DNA of 64,000 nucleotides from Planctomycetales bacterium (GCA_040877365.1 JBBDNU010000153.1:5049-69048), one strand, 5' to 3'; positions 28,333 to 37,315 are shown, counted from the stretch's first letter. The notes: generated by a model not told the origin, from the sequence alone. Numbers and translations are program-made.

Positions 28333-28425
28333 TAGCAGGATAGTCCGTCTAGCGTTGGACGGAACGCACCGGCCGGCGGACGCCGGCCGCTCGCTTTCAC
28401 TTGGCGTTGTTCTCGGTGCGGGAAC

Positions 28426-28506
28426 GTGGGGCAGGCTTTCCAGCCTGCCGGGATTCACTCGCGGGGCCGCGATCACGGGGGCGGCAGACAAGGATGTCTG
28501 CCCCAC
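28426..28506. repeat. MITE/REP-like element with termini GTGGGGCAG...CTGCCCCAC (copy A)
   Basis: Contains hairpins GGCAGGC-tttcca-GCCTGCC and GGCAGACA-agg-ATGTCTGCC. It sits 1 nt from the stop codon of the FGE-type gene. A second copy is at 30338-30431. Confidence 0.85.
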
Positions 28507-28507
28507 T

Positions 28508-29602
28508 TCACTTGGCGTTGGTCTTCGTCCGCGCGTGCTGGGGGATCACCGGGTCGAGCTTGAGCTTGGCGCGCTCTTCCGCCGTCGGGGGGACGAGCGG
28601 GCGGACGATCCGGAAGCCGACGAAGTCGGCGTCGGTGTGGTACCACACGCTCTTCGGAAGCTGCGGATCCTGCACCTTCCACGATTCGTCCGACTTCTCG
28701 CGGGCGGCGCTGCGCAGTTTGTCCGCGTCGTCGAACCACGAGCCGCCGCGGGCCACGTGCGGATACTCCTTCGTCGCCACGCACAGCGGGTTGAGCGACG
28801 CGCCGTTCTTGCCGCAGAGCTGGTAAAATCCGGGATCGTGCTGGTCGAGGCACCACTCGGCGACATTGCCGTGCATGTCGTAGAGGCCCCACGGGTTCGG
28901 CTTCTTCAGGCCGACCTTCTGGTACTTCTCGCCGCTGTTGTCGTAATGCCAGGCGTAGTCGTCGAGCTTGCCGGGACCGTCGCCGAAGGAATACGCGCCG
29001 GTCGTGCCGGCCCGGCAGGCGTATTCCCATTCCGCCTCGGTCGGCAAGCGGTAGAAATGCCCCGTCTTCGCGGAAAGCCATTGGCAATAGACCTGCGCGG
29101 CGAGGTGCGTCATGCAGATCGCGGGATAGCCATCGTGACCCATCCCGAAGGTCATGTCGGTGTAAGGGGCGGTGGGGCGGGTGACGGCGTCCGCGAGCTT
29201 GTCGAGATCGGACGATTCCGCCCCGACGAGCATGCGCCGCTGGATGTCGAGGTCGAAATTCCAGACGTCGTACTCGTCCCAGGTGACCTCATGCTTGCCC
29301 ATCCAGAAGGGGGCGATGCGCACCTTGTGCTGCGGCCGCTCGTCGTCCGCGCCGTTCGCTTCGTCGGCCGGGCTGCCCATCAGGAACTCGCCGCCGGGAA
29401 TCGGGACCATCTCGAAGGACACGTCGGTCCCGGCGATCCGCTGCCGATACGGCTTCATCGCGGACTCGCTCTCCGCGACCGCGGCCTCTGGAGCGTCCAC
29501 GGCATCGGCCGCGATCGCCGCCCGCGCAGAAACCACGATGCAACTCGCGACGAGGCAGAGAACGAGCGTCGTGGCGGAACGAAATCGTGCAAACGAGATC
29601 AT
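28508..29602 (-). CDS. formylglycine-generating enzyme (SUMF1/FGE) family protein, secreted
   Basis: Signal peptide [24 protein letters not shown]-sulfatase motifs [39 protein letters not shown] and HGNVAEWC. Confidence 0.9.
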   Translation of the reverse strand: MISFARFRSATTLVLCLVASCIVVSARAAIAADAVDAPEAAVAESESAMKPYRQRIAGTDVSFEMVPIPGGEFLMGSPADEANGADDERPQHKVRIAPFWMGKHEVTWDEYDVWNFDLDIQRRMLVGAESSDLDKLADAVTRPTAPYTDMTFGMGHDGYPAICMTHLAAQVYCQWLSAKTGHFYRLPTEAEWEYACRAGTTGAYSFGDGPGKLDDYAWHYDNSGEKYQKVGLKKPNPWGLYDMHGNVAEWCLDQHDPGFYQLCGKNGASLNPLCVATKEYPHVARGGSWFDDADKLRSAAREKSDESWKVQDPQLPKSVWYHTDADFVGFRIVRPLVPPTAEERAKLKLDPVIPQHARTKTNAK

Positions 29603-29697
29603 GCTGGAATTCGTTCGACGCGAAGGCGCGAAGACGCACAGGAGCGCAAAGCAGGCAGAAAGCATTTCAGATCATCTTTCTGTTGGAAATGTACCGA

Positions 29698-29787
29698 CCA
29701 CGGATGAACACGGATATTCCTTCTTCATCAGTGCCCATCAGTGGAATCCGTGGTTTCCGACCGTTTGCGTCTTTGGGTCTTTGCGTC
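29698..29787. repeat. composite repeat in divergent intergenic region (CCACGGAT...ATCCGTGG inverted repeat, CATCAGTG x2, GTCTTTG x2)
   Basis: Read directly from the sequence. It lies between the FGE-type gene start (29602, minus) and the apbE start (29840, plus). The motif type resembles 49121-49140 (ATCCGTGGATGTGGATGAAT). Confidence 0.5.
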
Positions 29788-29839
29788 GAGAATGGATGAA
29801 GTCGGTGGATGGTCCGGAGCGAAATCGAAAGGTCGAGCG

Positions 29840-30988
29840 ATGAGGATGATGGCGTGTCTGCTGCTGGCGGGAGCGTGCGGTGCGTTGCCGTGTGATGCGG
29901 AACCGGCCGACGCCCCGGTTGTCGAACCGGCCGCGGAGCCGGAACTCCAGCGGTTCGAGTACTTGAAGCCGCACATGGGGGTGGCGTTCGTCATTCGATT
30001 GTACGCCGCCGACGAAGCGGCGGCAAACCAGGCCGCCGAGGCCGCTTTCGCCCGGATCGCGGAACTGGACGGCATCCTCAGCGACTACGATCCCGACAGC
30101 GAGCTGATGCGATTGTGCCGCGACTCCGGACCCGGCAAACCGGTCCAGGTGAGCGAGGAGCTGGCGTACGTCCTGTCGCGGGCGCTGACGCTGGCGGAGC
30201 GGACGGACGGGGCGTTCGACGTGACGGTGGGACCGGTGGTGCGGCTGTGGCGCCGCGCGCGCCGCCGCCGCGAAATGCCCGACGCTGCCGCGCTCGCCGA
30301 GGCCCGCGCGCTCGTCGGCTGGAAGAACGTCAGGCTCGTGGGGCAGGCTTTCCAGCCTGCCGTCGGGGAAAGCTCGGGCAACCGCGCCAGGCAGACAAGC
30401 CACACAAGGCAGACAGTAATGTCTGCCCCACGGGTCGAGCTGCTCAAACCAGGGATGCGGCTCGACCTGGGAGGGATCGCCAAGGGCTACGCCGGGGACG
30501 AGGCGCTCCGCGTGCTTCGCGCGCACGGCATTGGCCGCGCCCTCATCGACGGCGGCGGCGACATCGTCGTGGGAGATCCGCCTCCCGGCCGCGAGGGCTG
30601 GCGGATCGGCGTTGCCCCGCTCGAGAAGCCGGATGGCCCCCCGAGCCGGCATCTCATCCTCGCCAACCAGTCGGTCGCCACGTCGGGGGACGCCTTTCAA
30701 CACGTCGAGATCGCCGGCACGCGATACTCGCACATCGTCGATCCGAAGACGGGCCTCGGCCTCACGAGCCGCTCGAGCGTGACGGTGATCGCCCCGGCCG
30801 GCATCGACGCCGACGCCCTCGCCTCCGCGGTGAGCGTGCTCGGGCCGGAAAAGGGCATCGCGCTCATCGACGCCACGCCCGGCGCGGCGGCGCTCGTCGT
30901 CCAGGTGGAAGAGGGAAAGCCGCGGACGTTCGCGTCGAAGAAGCTGTCGCGGTTCGAGGAATCGACGGATGAGGAAAACGGGCGATGA
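29840..30988 (+). CDS. apbE: FAD:protein FMN transferase (ApbE family)
   Basis: Signal/lipoprotein-like N-terminus. ApbE motifs FDVTVGP and LDLGGIAKGYAGD. An in-frame element is inserted just before the LDLGGIAKGY block. Confidence 0.9.
   Translation: MRMMACLLLAGACGALPCDAEPADAPVVEPAAEPELQRFEYLKPHMGVAFVIRLYAADEAAANQAAEAAFARIAELDGILSDYDPDSELMRLCRDSGPGKPVQVSEELAYVLSRALTLAERTDGAFDVTVGPVVRLWRRARRRREMPDAAALAEARALVGWKNVRLVGQAFQPAVGESSGNRARQTSHTRQTVMSAPRVELLKPGMRLDLGGIAKGYAGDEALRVLRAHGIGRALIDGGGDIVVGDPPPGREGWRIGVAPLEKPDGPPSRHLILANQSVATSGDAFQHVEIAGTRYSHIVDPKTGLGLTSRSSVTVIAPAGIDADALASAVSVLGPEKGIALIDATPGAAALVVQVEEGKPRTFASKKLSRFEESTDEENGR
30338..30431. repeat. MITE/REP-like element GTGGGGCAG...CTGCCCCAC (copy B) inside the apbE CDS
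   Basis: Same termini and hairpins as 28426-28506 (GGCAGGC-tttcca-GCCTGCC and GGCAGAC-agtaat-GTCTGCC). It encodes VGQAFQPAVGESSGNRARQTSHTRQTVMSAP. Confidence 0.85.
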
Positions 30989-31036
30989 ACGCCGTATAAT
31001 GCGCCAAGCCTGCAATACCATTCGAGGAGTCGCGAC

Positions 31037-31282
31037 ATGAATGTCAACGTCGAACCGGAGCTGGAGGACTTCGTTCGCGAACTGCTCAGCGACGGCACGT
31101 TTCGTGACGAATCCGAAGTCGTCAACGCCGCATTGCGGCTTCTTGGGAGGCGCGCCGGACTTCGTGAGGAACTGGCAACCGCACTGGCACAGTGCGAGCG
31201 CGGAGAGCTGATCGAAGAGGACGTGCTGTTCGCGGAGCTGCGCAAGCGCGTCTTAAGCCGTGGGGTCGATCGGGAAGCCTGA
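31037..31282 (+). CDS. parD: ParD-family ribbon-helix-helix antitoxin
   Basis: 81 aa. MNVNVEPELEDFVRELLSDGTFRDESEVVNAALRLLGRR matches the ParD/COG3609 N-terminal pattern as I recall it. The stop overlaps the next start (TGATG). Confidence 0.8.
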   Translation: MNVNVEPELEDFVRELLSDGTFRDESEVVNAALRLLGRRAGLREELATALAQCERGELIEEDVLFAELRKRVLSRGVDREA

Positions 31283-32040
31283 TGGTGCCCGATCGTCGCT
31301 CTCATCGCGGGCAGCATCCCGAGGACGCGGCGGCCTTCGCGCCCGCCGCACGGCCCGCGCTGCGGCGGGCGGCGGGCGATCTGTGCTGGCTGCTCGACCG
31401 CGGGTACGCTATCCCCTCGTCGCTGAAGCTCGTCGGCGACCGTTTCGGCCTCACGCAGCGGCAGCGGATCGCCGTCAATCGCTGCGCCTGTTCCGGGAAA
31501 CAACTGGAACGCCGCCTCGCGACGCGCGTCGAACCGGCGACGCTCGCGAACAGTTACGTGCTCATCGACGGCTACAACCTGCTGACGACGATCGAGGCGG
31601 CGCTGGCCGGCGGAATCGTGCTCGCCGGCCGCGACGGTTGCTATCGCGACATGGCGAGCATGCACGGCAGCTACCGCAAGGTGGCCGAAACGCTCCCGGC
31701 GATCCGGCTCATCGGCGAGGTTCTCGCGGAAGTCCGCCCGCGGGAGTGCCGCTGGCTGCTCGACCGTCCCGTGTCGAACAGCGGCCGGCTCAAGACCCTG
31801 CTGCGCGAATCGGCAGTCGAGGCCGGTTGGAATTGGGCGATCGACCTCGTCGCCGATCCCGACGCGCTGCTTGCGAGCGCCGCCGACCCGATCGTCGTCA
31901 CCGCGGACAGCGGGATCCTCGACCGTTGCGGCGCGTGGTTGAACCTCGCGCGGCTTGCAATCGACGCGCGAATTCCGGACGCTGTGGTCGTCGATCTGGC
32001 GCCCGATCCTCCAGGGACCCGCCACTCCGCCGGAGAATGA
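31282..32040 (+). CDS. DUF434-like N-domain + NYN/YacP-like (PIN-like) predicted nuclease domain
   Basis: 252 aa. LLDRGYAIPSSLKLVGDRFGLTQRQRIAVNR resembles DUF434. YVLIDGYNLL plus VVTADSGILD resemble the YacP/NYN DGYN...TSD pattern. Both family assignments are from memory. Confidence 0.65.
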   Translation: MVPDRRSHRGQHPEDAAAFAPAARPALRRAAGDLCWLLDRGYAIPSSLKLVGDRFGLTQRQRIAVNRCACSGKQLERRLATRVEPATLANSYVLIDGYNLLTTIEAALAGGIVLAGRDGCYRDMASMHGSYRKVAETLPAIRLIGEVLAEVRPRECRWLLDRPVSNSGRLKTLLRESAVEAGWNWAIDLVADPDALLASAADPIVVTADSGILDRCGAWLNLARLAIDARIPDAVVVDLAPDPPGTRHSAGE

Positions 32041-33422
32041 CCATGGCCTCGTCCGATTTCCATCGCGATTCCACGCTCGCGCGCGTCGCGTTGCGAGTCA
32101 CCGTCGCGCTCGCCGCGACGCTTGCGGTTTCGCGGCCCTCGATCGCCGCCGACGACTCCAGGATCGAACCCGCGCTCGGGCCCGATCCGGCGGTGACGAA
32201 GCTCATCGACGGCCTGGGCGCGAAGTCGTCCGTCGAGCTGCCCCCCATTCGCACGGTGGGCGAGTGGAACGCCGTCACGAAGGAATACGGCATGGAGCGG
32301 ACCGGCCCGCAGGGACGCGACTACACCATCAAGGCGGTGTGGATGCCGGACCGCCGGCGGGCCTTCTTCTGCGGGGCGAACCACGGCTCCCCGCACCGCC
32401 TGAACGACGCCTGGGAGTACGACCTTCCCGCGAACACGTGGGTGATGCTGTTCGCCCCCGATCCGAACAACGCCCGCGGAGTGATGGAGGTCGTCGAGAA
32501 GGAGATTCCCCCCTTCGACCCGCCGCAGAAGAAGGAAGGTGAGAAGCCGCCCCCGGGCGGGACCGGGCCGCAGCCCGCGAAGAAGGTGCTCATTGTCCAG
32601 ACCAAGCGCGGCGGGCCAACGCACTACGGCCACACGTGGTGGGGGCTGGCCTACGATCCCAAAATGAAGGCGGCGCTGTGGATGAACGCCGCGATCGGCG
32701 AAAGTCCGCAGGCGTACGTGGCGCAACAAAAGCTGCCGGGCGAGGTCTACGGCGGCCCGCCGCTATGGGCGTTCGATCCGGCGCAGAAGAAGTGGGACCA
32801 CGTGCTGACCCACGAGCCGCGACCGAAGTCCGGCGTGGGGGCGATGGAGTATGTTCCGGAACTCGGCGGCGTGTTCTGGTATCAGGCCAACTGGTTCGCC
32901 GAGGGAATGTGGGTCTACCACCCGTCACAGAACGCCTGGAAGAACCTCGAACCCAACGGCGGCGAGAACCTGTACTTCCACAAGGAGACGCCGAAGGCCT
33001 CGGCCGTGATGGCCTACGACCGCGATCGAAAGACCGTGGTCGCCATTCTGGGACGGACGACGCACCACTACGACGTCGCGAAAAATGCGTGGTCGCTCGT
33101 GCTCGATGAGAGCGATCAGGTCGAAGCCACGTTCAACGCCCGCGAGTCCGTCACGCCGTTTCATTACGATCCGATCGGCAAGGTCTGCCTGCTGTATTCC
33201 CCGACCACCCCCGATTCCGTCTGGTCCTACAGCGCCGGCGAGAAGAAGTGGACGCGAAACCGCGTCGCGGGCGCCGCCGGCCCACGCGGCGGAAAATTCA
33301 TCGCCTACTTCGATGAGGCCCGCAACGCGCTCGTGGTCAACACTGGGGCGAACACCTGGCTGTATCGGCACGAGCCTCAACGAGTTTCGCCGACAGGCGC
33401 GCCGCGCGACCGCGGCGAATGA
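32037..33422 (+). CDS. secreted Kelch-like beta-propeller protein (paralogue family, copy 2)
   Basis: The start ATGA overlaps the previous stop, with GGAG upstream. Signal-like LARVALRVTVALAATLAVSRPSIAA. Blade-like repeats and a C-terminal TWLYRHE. Confidence 0.8.
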   Translation: MTMASSDFHRDSTLARVALRVTVALAATLAVSRPSIAADDSRIEPALGPDPAVTKLIDGLGAKSSVELPPIRTVGEWNAVTKEYGMERTGPQGRDYTIKAVWMPDRRRAFFCGANHGSPHRLNDAWEYDLPANTWVMLFAPDPNNARGVMEVVEKEIPPFDPPQKKEGEKPPPGGTGPQPAKKVLIVQTKRGGPTHYGHTWWGLAYDPKMKAALWMNAAIGESPQAYVAQQKLPGEVYGGPPLWAFDPAQKKWDHVLTHEPRPKSGVGAMEYVPELGGVFWYQANWFAEGMWVYHPSQNAWKNLEPNGGENLYFHKETPKASAVMAYDRDRKTVVAILGRTTHHYDVAKNAWSLVLDESDQVEATFNARESVTPFHYDPIGKVCLLYSPTTPDSVWSYSAGEKKWTRNRVAGAAGPRGGKFIAYFDEARNALVVNTGANTWLYRHEPQRVSPTGAPRDRGE

Positions 33423-33564
33423 TTCAGACTCGCTCTGCGACAGCGACGTTTTCCTCTCCCGTCACCATGAAGCGGCCGATCCGCCGGCGGGAGACTTTGC
33501 CGCCGACTGATCGGCGCGGATGTCGGCCGCGGTCCAATGAACCCGGCTTGCCAGGACCAACGAG

Positions 33565-34275
33565 ATGAGACTTCGCATCCTGTTCGTGTTGATTTCGGCG
33601 ATGGTTCCAGCCGCGGACGGTCGCTCGGCGGAACGTCCGCACGATTTCGCCCGCTGGGAGCGCGCGATCGCGCGGTTCGAAGAGCAGGATCGCATCTCCG
33701 CGCCTCCGAAAGAGGGCGTGGTGTTCGTCGGGAGCTCGAGCGTTCGCCTGTGGGATCTGGCGAGGTCTTTCCCGGACCATGCGACGATCAACCGCGGCTT
33801 CGGCGGTTCGGAGATCGTCGACTCGACGCATTTCGCCGAGCGGCTGATCGTCCCGCACGAGCCGCGGGTCGTCGTCCTTTACGCCGGAGACAACGACTTG
33901 GCACGTGGGCGGCTCGCGGAAGAGGTCGCGGGAGACTTTCGCGAGTTCGTCCGCGCGGTGCGGGCGCGGCTCCCGAAGTCGAGGATCGTGTTCATCGGCA
34001 TCAAGCCGAGCATCGCCCGCTGGAAACAGTGGGAGACGATGCAGCGGACGAACCAGTTGATCCGGTCCGATTGCGCGAAGGACGAGTCGCTGGCGTTCGT
34101 CGACGTCGCGCCCGCGATGCTCGGGGACGACGGCTTGCCGCGGCCGGAGTTGTTCGCCAGCGACGGCCTGCACCTGAGCGGAATGGGCTATGCGGTGTGG
34201 GCCGAACGGGTCGGCCCGCATCTCGGCCGGCCGGTGCAGGCGCCCGCGCCCCGCCCGAGCGAGGGCGTCGATTGA
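33565..34275 (+). CDS. SGNH/GDSL-family hydrolase
   Basis: Signal peptide. Block I VFVGSSSV, block II GFGGS, block III YAGDND. The C-terminal D..H block was not confirmed. Confidence 0.85.
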   Translation: MRLRILFVLISAMVPAADGRSAERPHDFARWERAIARFEEQDRISAPPKEGVVFVGSSSVRLWDLARSFPDHATINRGFGGSEIVDSTHFAERLIVPHEPRVVVLYAGDNDLARGRLAEEVAGDFREFVRAVRARLPKSRIVFIGIKPSIARWKQWETMQRTNQLIRSDCAKDESLAFVDVAPAMLGDDGLPRPELFASDGLHLSGMGYAVWAERVGPHLGRPVQAPAPRPSEGVD

Positions 34276-34300
34276 CGGCGACGCCGTCGTCGCGGAGCCG

Positions 34301-34891
34301 CTACGTCCGGTCGCGCTCGGGAGTTCGCGGTTCGGCGGTCGCGGCGGCCATCGCGCGCGGCTCGCCATTCGTCTCGACCGGGGGCGAGGACTTACGGAAG
34401 CCCGCCAGCAGCCAGCGCATCAGCGGATAGGTCGCGGCGGCGCTCGCCGTCGCGACCACGAGCGACCCGATCAACAGCGGCCAGCCGAGCTCGAGCGTCA
34501 GCCCGCCGACCGTGCGGCACCATTCGCGGAACCCATCGTACTCGAGGATCTCGCCGAACCGCTCCCGCGTGACGTTCCCCTCGACGAACAGCGTCCCCAC
34601 CTTGTAGTCCATCCAGTACAGCGGGACCATCGTCAGCGGGTTCGAGATGTACACGGTCAACAGCGCGGCGACCCGGTTGAACCGGAAGAACGGCCCGAGC
34701 AGGAGCGCGGCGACCATCACCAGAATCATCTGGATGCCCACGGTCGGCGTCATGCCGATGAACATCCCGATCGTCGTGCCGAGCGCGATCGAGTGCGGCG
34801 TGTCGTCGAGCATCAACACCTGGCGGAGCACGGCGCGGGGGCTGCTCCACCACTGGTGCGGCTTGGCCGGCTGAGGAACAGGATGGTCCAT
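34301..34891 (-). CDS. DUF2062-like membrane protein
   Basis: Start taken at MDHPVPQP. DTPHSIALGTTIGMFIGMTPTVGIQM and NPLTMVPLYW match the DUF2062 pattern as I recall it. Confidence 0.75.
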   Translation of the reverse strand: MDHPVPQPAKPHQWWSSPRAVLRQVLMLDDTPHSIALGTTIGMFIGMTPTVGIQMILVMVAALLLGPFFRFNRVAALLTVYISNPLTMVPLYWMDYKVGTLFVEGNVTRERFGEILEYDGFREWCRTVGGLTLELGWPLLIGSLVVATASAAATYPLMRWLLAGFRKSSPPVETNGEPRAMAAATAEPRTPERDRT

Positions 34892-35108
34892 GCGCGACGG
34901 CCCCCGGGGGAGAGTGCGATCCGCCCGGATTGTCGCCGCGCGGCGAATCCGACGCAATCGCGAGTTCCCGCCGCGGCGTCCTGCGCGGCATGCTCGGTCC
35001 TTCGATTCGAGCGGATTCGGGCGCATTGGAGATCGTGCATTGATGGTTCATCAATCGAAGGGACGGAACTTGCCATCGGCTGACGGGGCGACACCGGGTC
35101 GCGGCTGA

Positions 35109-35684
35109 CTAACCGCGACCCGCGGTGAGCGCCAGCACTCCCAGGATCGCCAGCCAGACCGCGCCCAGGGCGTGCCAGAACCATGCGCAGCAGACCACCC
35201 CCCAGTAGTATTCGTGGTCGTAGCGGTCCGCGAACGCCTGCAGCGTCACGAACACCAGGAACAGCAGCGCCAGCGTGAAGTGCAGGCCGTGCAGCGCCGC
35301 GGCCGTGAACACGAACTCGATCGCGCTGGTGGCGGCGTGTTCGGGATCTCCTTGCCGCAGCAGGTTCCACAGGCCGTAGCTCTGCACGCCGACGAACAGC
35401 ACCCCCGCCGCCAGCCCGGCGACGAGCGTGCGGCGGAAGCGCGGCTGCCGCTCCCGCCGCACGTGATGCACCGCGCGGTGCAGCGCGGCGCTCCCCCCGA
35501 ACAAGAGCAGCGTGCTCAACTGGAAGGCAATGGGCATCCGGCTGGCGGTGTCGGCCGGTCCCGCCAGGCGGATGATCAGCACCGCCAGCCCCGCCGCCAG
35601 CGCCAGCACCGCCGCGGCCACACCGATGAACCGCGCGGCGAAGGCCGCCCGCACCTGCCGATCGTCGTCGAGCACGGAAGGCAT
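35109..35684 (-). CDS. heme-copper oxidase subunit III-like membrane protein
   Basis: 191 aa with 5 TM helices. C-terminal HGLHFTLALLFL...YWGVVCCAWFWHALGAVW is typical of subunit III-like proteins. No subunit I or II gene is adjacent. Confidence 0.65.
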   Translation of the reverse strand: MPSVLDDDRQVRAAFAARFIGVAAAVLALAAGLAVLIIRLAGPADTASRMPIAFQLSTLLLFGGSAALHRAVHHVRRERQPRFRRTLVAGLAAGVLFVGVQSYGLWNLLRQGDPEHAATSAIEFVFTAAALHGLHFTLALLFLVFVTLQAFADRYDHEYYWGVVCCAWFWHALGAVWLAILGVLALTAGRG

Positions 35685-35690
35685 GACGTC

Positions 35691-37076
35691 TCAGGAATGA
35701 ATCGCCCGGCCGTCCACGGCCAGCGCCGCCTCGCGGAACGCCTCGGCCAGCGTGGGATGCGCGTGGCAGGTGCGGGCAATGTCCTCGGCCGAAGCGCCGA
35801 ACTCCATCGCGGTCGCCGCCTCCGCGATCAAATCTCCCGCCCGCGGCCCGATGATGTGCACGCCGAGCACGCGGTCGGTCTGCCTGTCGGCGAGCACCTT
35901 CACGAAGCCCTCCGTCTCGCCGAGGGCCCGCGCCCGGCCGTTGGCGCGGAACGCGAAGGCGCCTGTGCGGTACTCGACGCCGGATTCCTGAAGTTGCTCC
36001 TCGGTACGGCCGACGGCGGCGATCTCCGGGTGCGTGTAGACGACGGAGGGGATCGCGTCGTAGTTGACGTGGCCATGCCCGGTGACGATCCGCTCGACGC
36101 AGGCGACTCCCTCGTCTTCCGCCTTGTGGGCCAGCATCGGCCCGCGGATCACGTCGCCGATCGCGTAGATCCCCTCGGCCGACGCGCGGAACGCCTCGTC
36201 CACCTCGATCCGCCCCTTGCCGTCGGTCTTCACGCCGACCTCTTCCAGGCCGAGGCCGTCCGTGTGCGGCGCGCGGCCGACGGCGACCAGCACGCGGTCG
36301 CATTCGAGCGGCTCCTGCCCCTCGCATTCGACGACGCACTTCTTCTGGCGGGCCTCCGCGGCGGTCACGCGGCTCCTCAAGCGGAACTCGAGCCCCTGCT
36401 TCTCGAACAGTTTTTTCGCCTCGGCGGCGACCTCAGCGTCGGTGCCGGGAAGGATGCGGTCGAGATACTCGAGCACCGTGACCTTCGCCCCGAGCCTCCG
36501 CCAGACGGTCCCCATCTCCAGCCCGATGTAACCGCCGCCGATCACGACGAGATGCCGCGGGACTTCTTCGTAGGACAGCGCCTCGGTGCTCGTGCCGATG
36601 CGGTCGCCGTCCAGCTCGACGCCGGGGAGGCTCGCGGCGCGGCTGCCGGTGGCGATGAGGATGTGCCGGGCATCGAGCTGCTGCTCGCCCTCCTTGCCGG
36701 CAACGATCACGCGGCCGGGCTTCGCGATTCGCGCGGTCCCTTCATAGCGGGCGACCTTGTTCTTCTTGAACAGCGATTCGATGCCTTTAGTGAGCGTCTG
36801 CACGACGCGGTCCTTGCGGGCGAGCATCTGCGCGAGGTCGAGGGCGGCCGATTCGATTTCGATCCCATGCTCGGCGAGGCCGTCTTGCGCGCGTTCCCAC
36901 AGCTCGCTCGATTCGAGGAGCGCCTTGCTGGGGATACAGCCGATCCGCAGGCACGTCCCGCCGAGGGCCGGGGCCTTCTCGACGCAGGCGACGTCGAGGC
37001 CGAGCTGGACGGCGCGGATGGCGGCGACGTACCCGCCCGGTCCGGCGCCGATGACGATCAGATCGTGTTGCGGCAT
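35691..37076 (-). CDS. lpdA: dihydrolipoyl dehydrogenase
   Basis: FAD motif GAGPGGYVAA, redox-active disulfide GGTCLRIGCIPSK, NAD motif and C-terminal HAHPTLAEA. Confidence 0.95.
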   Translation of the reverse strand: MPQHDLIVIGAGPGGYVAAIRAVQLGLDVACVEKAPALGGTCLRIGCIPSKALLESSELWERAQDGLAEHGIEIESAALDLAQMLARKDRVVQTLTKGIESLFKKNKVARYEGTARIAKPGRVIVAGKEGEQQLDARHILIATGSRAASLPGVELDGDRIGTSTEALSYEEVPRHLVVIGGGYIGLEMGTVWRRLGAKVTVLEYLDRILPGTDAEVAAEAKKLFEKQGLEFRLRSRVTAAEARQKKCVVECEGQEPLECDRVLVAVGRAPHTDGLGLEEVGVKTDGKGRIEVDEAFRASAEGIYAIGDVIRGPMLAHKAEDEGVACVERIVTGHGHVNYDAIPSVVYTHPEIAAVGRTEEQLQESGVEYRTGAFAFRANGRARALGETEGFVKVLADRQTDRVLGVHIIGPRAGDLIAEAATAMEFGASAEDIARTCHAHPTLAEAFREAALAVDGRAIHS

Positions 37077-37285
37077 GGCGAAGTTCGTGGCGGATGTCGT
37101 CGAACAGCAGGTCCGCTTTCCTCCAGCAGGTTATCACCCCGTCCCCGGAGGATGAAGTCCGTCCGATCCACAATCGGTCGAACGGCCTCCAGTGGCGGCC
37201 GCCGCGGCACAATCCCGTCCTCCGCGCCGCCTGTCGGGCGATCTTCGATGGGAGCGGAGAGATCGGGTCACGCGGACCGCGGGAG

Positions 37286-37315
37286 GCAGGTCCGTTCCGC
37301 CCGGAACGGACCTGC
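37286..37315. repeat. perfect 14-bp inverted repeat GCAGGTCCGTTCCG cc CGGAACGGACCTGC
   Basis: Read directly from the sequence. It lies in the 400-bp divergent region between lpdA and the DUF62 gene. Confidence 0.8.

Noticed and set aside
28355-29707. 450-aa plus-strand ORF
   Set aside because: It is antisense to the FGE/SUMF1-family gene, which has clear family motifs.
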